The notes beneath the pieces were generated by a model, which was given only the letters and a program-made list of their open reading frames with translations, was not told where the DNA came from and searched no databases. From Phaeosaccion multiseriatum (lineage: Eukaryota; Protista; Ochrophyta, other classes): a stretch of DNA of 64,000 bases. The stretch is taken from assembly GCA_965112735.1 (NCBI GenBank), contig OZ218955.1:1054001-1118000 (forward strand), written 5' to 3'. The translations under genes were made by a program, and so were the position numbers. This document shows positions 50,574 to 64,000 of the stretch, in pieces (the first letter of the stretch is position 1; each line of letters opens with the position of its first letter).

Positions 50574-50979
50574 GCCTGTACGACACTCTCCCGCTCTCCG
50601 ACACCCCGGCTACTACCACCGCCCCCCCCTTGCTCCCTTTAAAAAAGGAATTAAACACGAGGGGCGGATCTCAAGGTGGATGGTGGAAAAATAATCCGGG
50701 CGGGCCGAAAGATCAGCCGCCACTAAGCGATCAAGCAGCTGCAGTAGCACTTTCCCACAATGCAGGAGGGCTAGGCCAGACAGTAAGAAGTCTACCTTTC
50801 ACTCCCTGCTGGCCGCTGGCTGCCCACGCTATATAAAGTTTGCACAGGCTACCGGTTTCCACTATGGCACTTTCGTGCGGCTGAGCCTCGGCCAGACAAG
50901 TCGACAAGCTTAAGAAAGAGAGAGGGTTTGGCGTACGATCGCTGTCGTGTGGAGCCGACCCGGAGATAAGCAAGAGAGA

Positions 50980-52295
50980 ATGAAGACGAGCCTGAGCCAA
51001 CTGGGTTCCTTTCTGCTTGGCTGCTTTGTCACACAGTCTGTCTCGGTCTCTGCTTTCGTAGCCGGGCCTCAGGTGGTCGCGCTTTCTTCCACTCGCGCCC
51101 ACGCCACGGCAGGAGCAGGAGGAGCAGGAGGAGGACGTTCAAGAGGAGTAGGAGGGTGGAGGGGGGGGCCGGCGCATAGGCCGGTGTGTTGGTCTGGGTC
51201 TGCTTTGAGAGATATGGACGTTCGGCGAACAGACCTTGGTCTGGACGCGCTGGAGGCGGGAAACCCGAACGGGGGGCAGCAGAAGAAGCAGCCAGGGAAG
51301 CTGCAGCCGCCAGAGGGAGTGAACCCGCAGAGAGCGTTCGAATACCTCGTCGATTACCCTTGCAAGTTTGTAAGTCTGCATAGGAGAGAGGGTTTGGGGG
51401 AGAAAGAAGCATATAGAATGAAGAAGGGTGGAGAAAGAAAAAGAAGAGGAGTGGGGTCCATGGTAGGATGGCGATGAATAACCTGCCAGGACACGACATT
51501 TTATCCACCCTCTCTGCCAACCCATCGTTTCCGTTACCCTCCTCCTCCTGCTGCTGCTGCTGCTGTGGCTGCTGCCGCTGACGCCCCCTCCCCGCGCCCT
51601 TTCTACTGCTGTGGTGGGCTGACTGCTCGCTTTGTTGTTTGTGTGTTTGTTTTCGTTTGTGGAGCAGAGCATCAGGGTGGTGGGCCACAACCTCGATAAC
51701 TTCGCCCAGGTAATGTACGCCATGTCATGAGGTGTGTGGCGTTTGGCTTTACCCCCCTCTCCGACCGAGCGGAATAGCATGAACGCCCTCGTTTTCTTAG
51801 AGCGTGGGAGCGCTGCCCTTAGCCTATGAATTACCCCGCCATGAATTACCCCGCCTCTTCCTCTGCCCTCCCCCCCCCCCCCCCCCCCTCTGCCTTCTGT
51901 CGCTGCCTCCTTTTAAGCCTCTTACGCCTTTGCCTTCCTTGAACCTCTGCCGCCACGTCCACCTGCACAACCTCTATACCCCATCCCATCCCATCCACTG
52001 CCATCCCATCCCATCCCGTCCTACCTACCTGTACATTTTATCCACTGCCATCCATCCCATCTTATTCCGTACCATCCCCTCCGCTCCCATCCTTTACCCC
52101 ACCCCTCAGGACATCGTCGAGATTGTGGGGGAGACGTGCGAGTGTGATCCCTTGACCATCGAATACAAGACCCGCGAGACGGACTCCGGCAAGTACACCT
52201 CCGTCACCGTCATGGCCCCTGTGCAGAGTGCAGAGATGCTCTACGCGACTTACGCTGCCATCGACAATGACACCAGGGTGCGCTTCAAGTTCTGA
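50980..52295 (+). CDS. Plastid-targeted DUF493 (YbeD/HP0495-like) protein. Exons 50980-51369, 51668-51709, 52110-52295
   Basis: Signal peptide plus VSAFVA motif; FEYLVDYPCKF|SIRVVG..SGKYTSVTVMAPVQSAEMLYATYAAIDNDTRVRFKF. Confidence 0.82.
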
Positions 52296-52934
52296 GGAAG
52301 GGGAGGAGGAGGAGGAGGAGGAGGAGGAGGAGGGGGTGGGGAGTTGGGCATTCATTGACTTAAGGGGAGGGGTGGGGGTAAGTGTGGCAGTATGAGTATG
52401 ACAGGGTGCAGTATCGCCTGGGTCAAGGGAATCAGCAGCATCAGCAGCATCAGCAGCATCAGCAGCAGCATCAGCAGTTGGTGAAACAGCATCAGCAGCA
52501 TCAACAGCAGTTGGTGAAACAGCATCAGCAGCATCATTGCATGGGTGAAGGGCAGCAGCGCTTCAGCTTTGAGGGCCCGTACATTTCGGCCCATATGCTT
52601 GGGAAGGTGTCGGCCGTGGGGGAGGCTCTTGTTTTTCTCTCCGTTTTCGCCATGCTTCGCGTGGTACGGGAGGGGAAGTAACGAACGAAGAAAAGAAGGA
52701 AGGAAGGAAGGAAGGAAGGAACGAACGAAGGAACGAAGGAAGGAACGAAGGAAAGGAAAGAGAGAGATGCCTTCTGTACATAGCCTGCTGGCAAGCAATC
52801 AGCTGTCAGTCGCAAAGGCTGTATATATAAAGATGAGTAGTGGGATGTGTTTAATGGCTGGCCCGAAAGGCCTGCTGCCCCCCCCTGCAGATTGTTTTTT
52901 TATGCGCCATTGGCGGTATTATTACGTTTTTTTT

Positions 52935-55297
52935 TTAACTTTCTTCTGAGACTGTAGCTGAACTGGCCTCTCTCCGAATGATACGCAGGCCCTCCTCCAA
53001 CCTCACAACGGCCCGCAAACACTCCTCCTCCCCGAGACACCCATACGACACGCGCAAGTGCCCTGGTGCCCCGAAAGCGCTCCCCGGCGTGACGAGAACG
53101 CCCACCCGTCTAGCGAGAATGTCAATCGCCTTTAGCTCACCCACTTGCTCGGGGACAGGCACGAGAAAGTAGAAGGCCCCCTGTCCCCGGACTGTTCCCA
53201 TGCCCCTGACGGCTTCCCACATGGCTTGTCTGCACGTACGCAATCCTCGCACGTTGTTCATCACCCAATCAGCGGCGGTAGTGTTGGCGGCGGCGGCGGC
53301 GGCGGCGGTGGTGGTAGCAGTTGTGGCGGTGGTAGCAGTTGTGGTGGTGGTGGTAGCAGTTGTGGGGGTAGATGTGGTGGTGGTGGGGGTGGTGAGGGTG
53401 GTGGTGGTAGCATCAGGCCCCTTCTCATCATGGGCACCGCCCTGCCCTATCCTGTTCACGCATTCCCCTCCTGCCCTTCCTGCTCCTCCTCCTCCTCCTG
53501 CTTCTCCTCCTCCTCCCCCTGCTGCTCCTCTTCCTCCCCCCTCTCCTCCCCCCCCTTCTCCTTCTCTCTGCCCCTCCTGTCCCTCCTTGTCCTCGCCCAT
53601 GCCCCCCATGCCCATTGTCAAGCAGGCAAGGGCCACGCGCTGAGAGGCGATTGGCGCGTGGGTAGGGACAGTGTCCTGAATCTTGAGCATCTCAGCGTTG
53701 ATAGAAGCCGGGTATACGGCATAACCCACCCTCCATCCCGCCATGCCGAACGATTTGGACATGGTGTAGACGTGGATAATGCCATCGAAGCCCAATCGCT
53801 TGGAGCAGGGAGAGTAGTGACGGAGCCTCTTCCTCCCCCTCAGCCTCTGCTCCTCCTTCTCCGTCTCCTTCTCCTGATCCTCCTCCTCCCTCTCCTCCTC
53901 CTCCTCCTCCTTCTCCTGATCCTCCTCCTCCTCCTCCTCCTCCTCCTCCTCCTCCTCCTCCTCCTCCTGCCCTTCCTGCTCCTCGTCCTCCTCGTCTTGG
54001 TAGTAAAAGTGCTCGTACGTCTCATCCAGAACAAGCCACACGGAGTACTCCTTGCACACCGCCACTATCTCCTCCAGCATTGCCTGAGGGCACACCGCAC
54101 CGGAGGGATTGCCTGGATTCGTCAGGATCAGCATCTTGATACCACCTTCCTTCCCCTGCGAAGTACTGCCTCCTCCTCCTCCTCCTCCTCCTCCTCCTCC
54201 TCCTCCTCCTCCTCCTCTTGCTGCTGCTGCTGCTGCTCCTGCGGCTCGTGCCTCTCGAAGCTTCCGTCTAAGGTCAGCCATATCGGGCAGGAGCGTTCGC
54301 ATGTCAAAGTCGCAAAAGACAGGAGCTGCCCCTGCGAGTTGACACGCCGTAAGGTGGCTAAAGTAGTAGGGGCGAGGAAGAAGGACCTGATCCCCGGGGT
54401 CCAGCAGAGCCAAAGCGATGTTGCAGAAGGCTTGATTCCCCCCCGCCGTGATCATCACCTCCATGTCTTGCATATCTATCCCACCACCACCAACGCCGTC
54501 ATCATCGTCATCATCCTCATCACTTTCCTCCCCCTCTTTCCTGCTGCTGCTGCTGCTGCTGCTGCTTCTGTTGCTGTTGGCATAGCTTCCTCGCTGGAGT
54601 TTCTCCACCACCGCGTCACGAAGAGCTTGGAGTCCGATGACTGCCCCGTACCGATGCGTCTCACTGTGCCCGCTGGCAGCGCTGCTACCACTGATACCAC
54701 TGCTTCCCGCCACAGCAGAGCCAAAGACCTGATCCAGAGCGGCTTGGGGAGGGCCCCAGTGCGACACTCCTTGCGCGAGGCTGAAGGGCTTCTCGGGTAG
54801 ATCTGCGACAGATTCAGAAGGCATCCACATGCAGGTTGTTATTCATCACATGGGTGGGGAAGCGGTTGTTTAGCGGGTTTGTGGAGTGTATACAACTCAC
54901 AGGAGAGTATGTTCATTCAATGCATGACAGTCCACATGCATTTAAAGTCCAGGAGAGCATGATTTTCATGAGAGCATGTGCATTCCATGCGTTTGAACCT
55001 CTAAAATAAAGTTGACTGTAAGATCCTGCCCCCCTTCGCCTCTTATCTCTCTCTCACTTACCTACCTGCGTATCTATCGAGCACAACGTCTATGTGAGGT
55101 GGATCTGCCCTGAGCACTCTCTGCGAGAGGGAGAGTGAGGACGAGAGTGTTTTGCAATACTCTCCCACATCCCCTTCATCCCCTTCCACGACGCCCATGT
55201 CCCCGCCTGCCTTCCCACATGCTCTGGCAGGGTCCTCCATCCCCTCTCCTTTCCTTTTCTCCGTCTTGCCGATTATTCTTCTGGCAAATCCTACCAT
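52935..55297 (-). CDS. PLP-dependent class I/II aminotransferase, ISS1/VAS1-like. Exons ~55297-55066, 54802-52935
   Basis: LSQRVLRADPP..DLPEKPFSLAQGVSHWGPPQAAL, VMITAGGNQAF, LTNPGNPSG, WLVLDETYEHF, TMSKSFGMAGWRVGY (PLP Lys), GAFY, LVTPGSAFGAPGHLRVSYG. The true start is uncertain. Confidence 0.88.
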
Positions 55298-55657
55298 GTC
55301 ACTAAACGATGGCACCCTACTGAACCGTTACTGCCAACCGTATCTTGGCCTCGTTGCGCAAAGAGAGAGCGAAAGAGAGAGAAAGAGAAAGAGAAAGCTG
55401 GACAGAACTTGCGCCCGGGGTGTGTGCAGCAAGGAGAGCACACGAAAAGGAGGGAGACTGGAGCTTCATGAACGTTGCTGAAACGAAAAGCACAGACCAG
55501 TAGAGCATCACAGAGGAAAAGAGGAGGAGGAAGAGGATTTGCCGCAACCACCCTAGCGGTTTCTGGCAGGACTAGTCGCACCTGAAGGAGGCAACCACCT
55601 GGTGTAGAGAGGGTGTAGGGACGGAGCGGGCGGGAGGGCAACATCTGGGGGAGCAAG

Positions 55658-64000
<8,343 letters not shown>

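Overview
Eukaryotic nuclear DNA with GT-AG introns and dense microsatellites. It is most likely a photosynthetic stramenopile (ochrophyte, eustigmatophyte-like): three genes carry the bipartite signal peptide plus ASAF plastid-targeting motif, and a kinesin-2 implies a flagellated stage. I spliced 13 protein-coding genes by hand: ClpR (5'-partial), a RING-H2 protein, an RWP-RK transcription factor, an AT-hook/PHD protein resembling plant PRH/HAT3.1, a giant ~2037-aa plastid-targeted LEA3-like repeat protein, COQ2, LSM12, a LamG-GH47 alpha-1,2-mannosidase, an HSF, TIM17, a plastid DUF493/YbeD protein, an ISS1/VAS1-like aminotransferase and kinesin-2 (3'-partial). Most of the supplied ORFs are artefacts of simple repeats. 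The most striking unexplained signal is a non-palindromic 12-mer, AGTTGGTGATAC, with 18 exact and 7 one-mismatch copies found by eye. It mostly sits in CAG tracts, is read in two different frames in exons, also occurs in introns and 3' flanks, and is oriented with transcription. Other short intronic motifs show a similar polarity. Five small inverted-repeat (MITE/foldback) elements are also present, four with TCGA or CG-centred flanks. All coordinates and counts were derived by eye; no searches were run.
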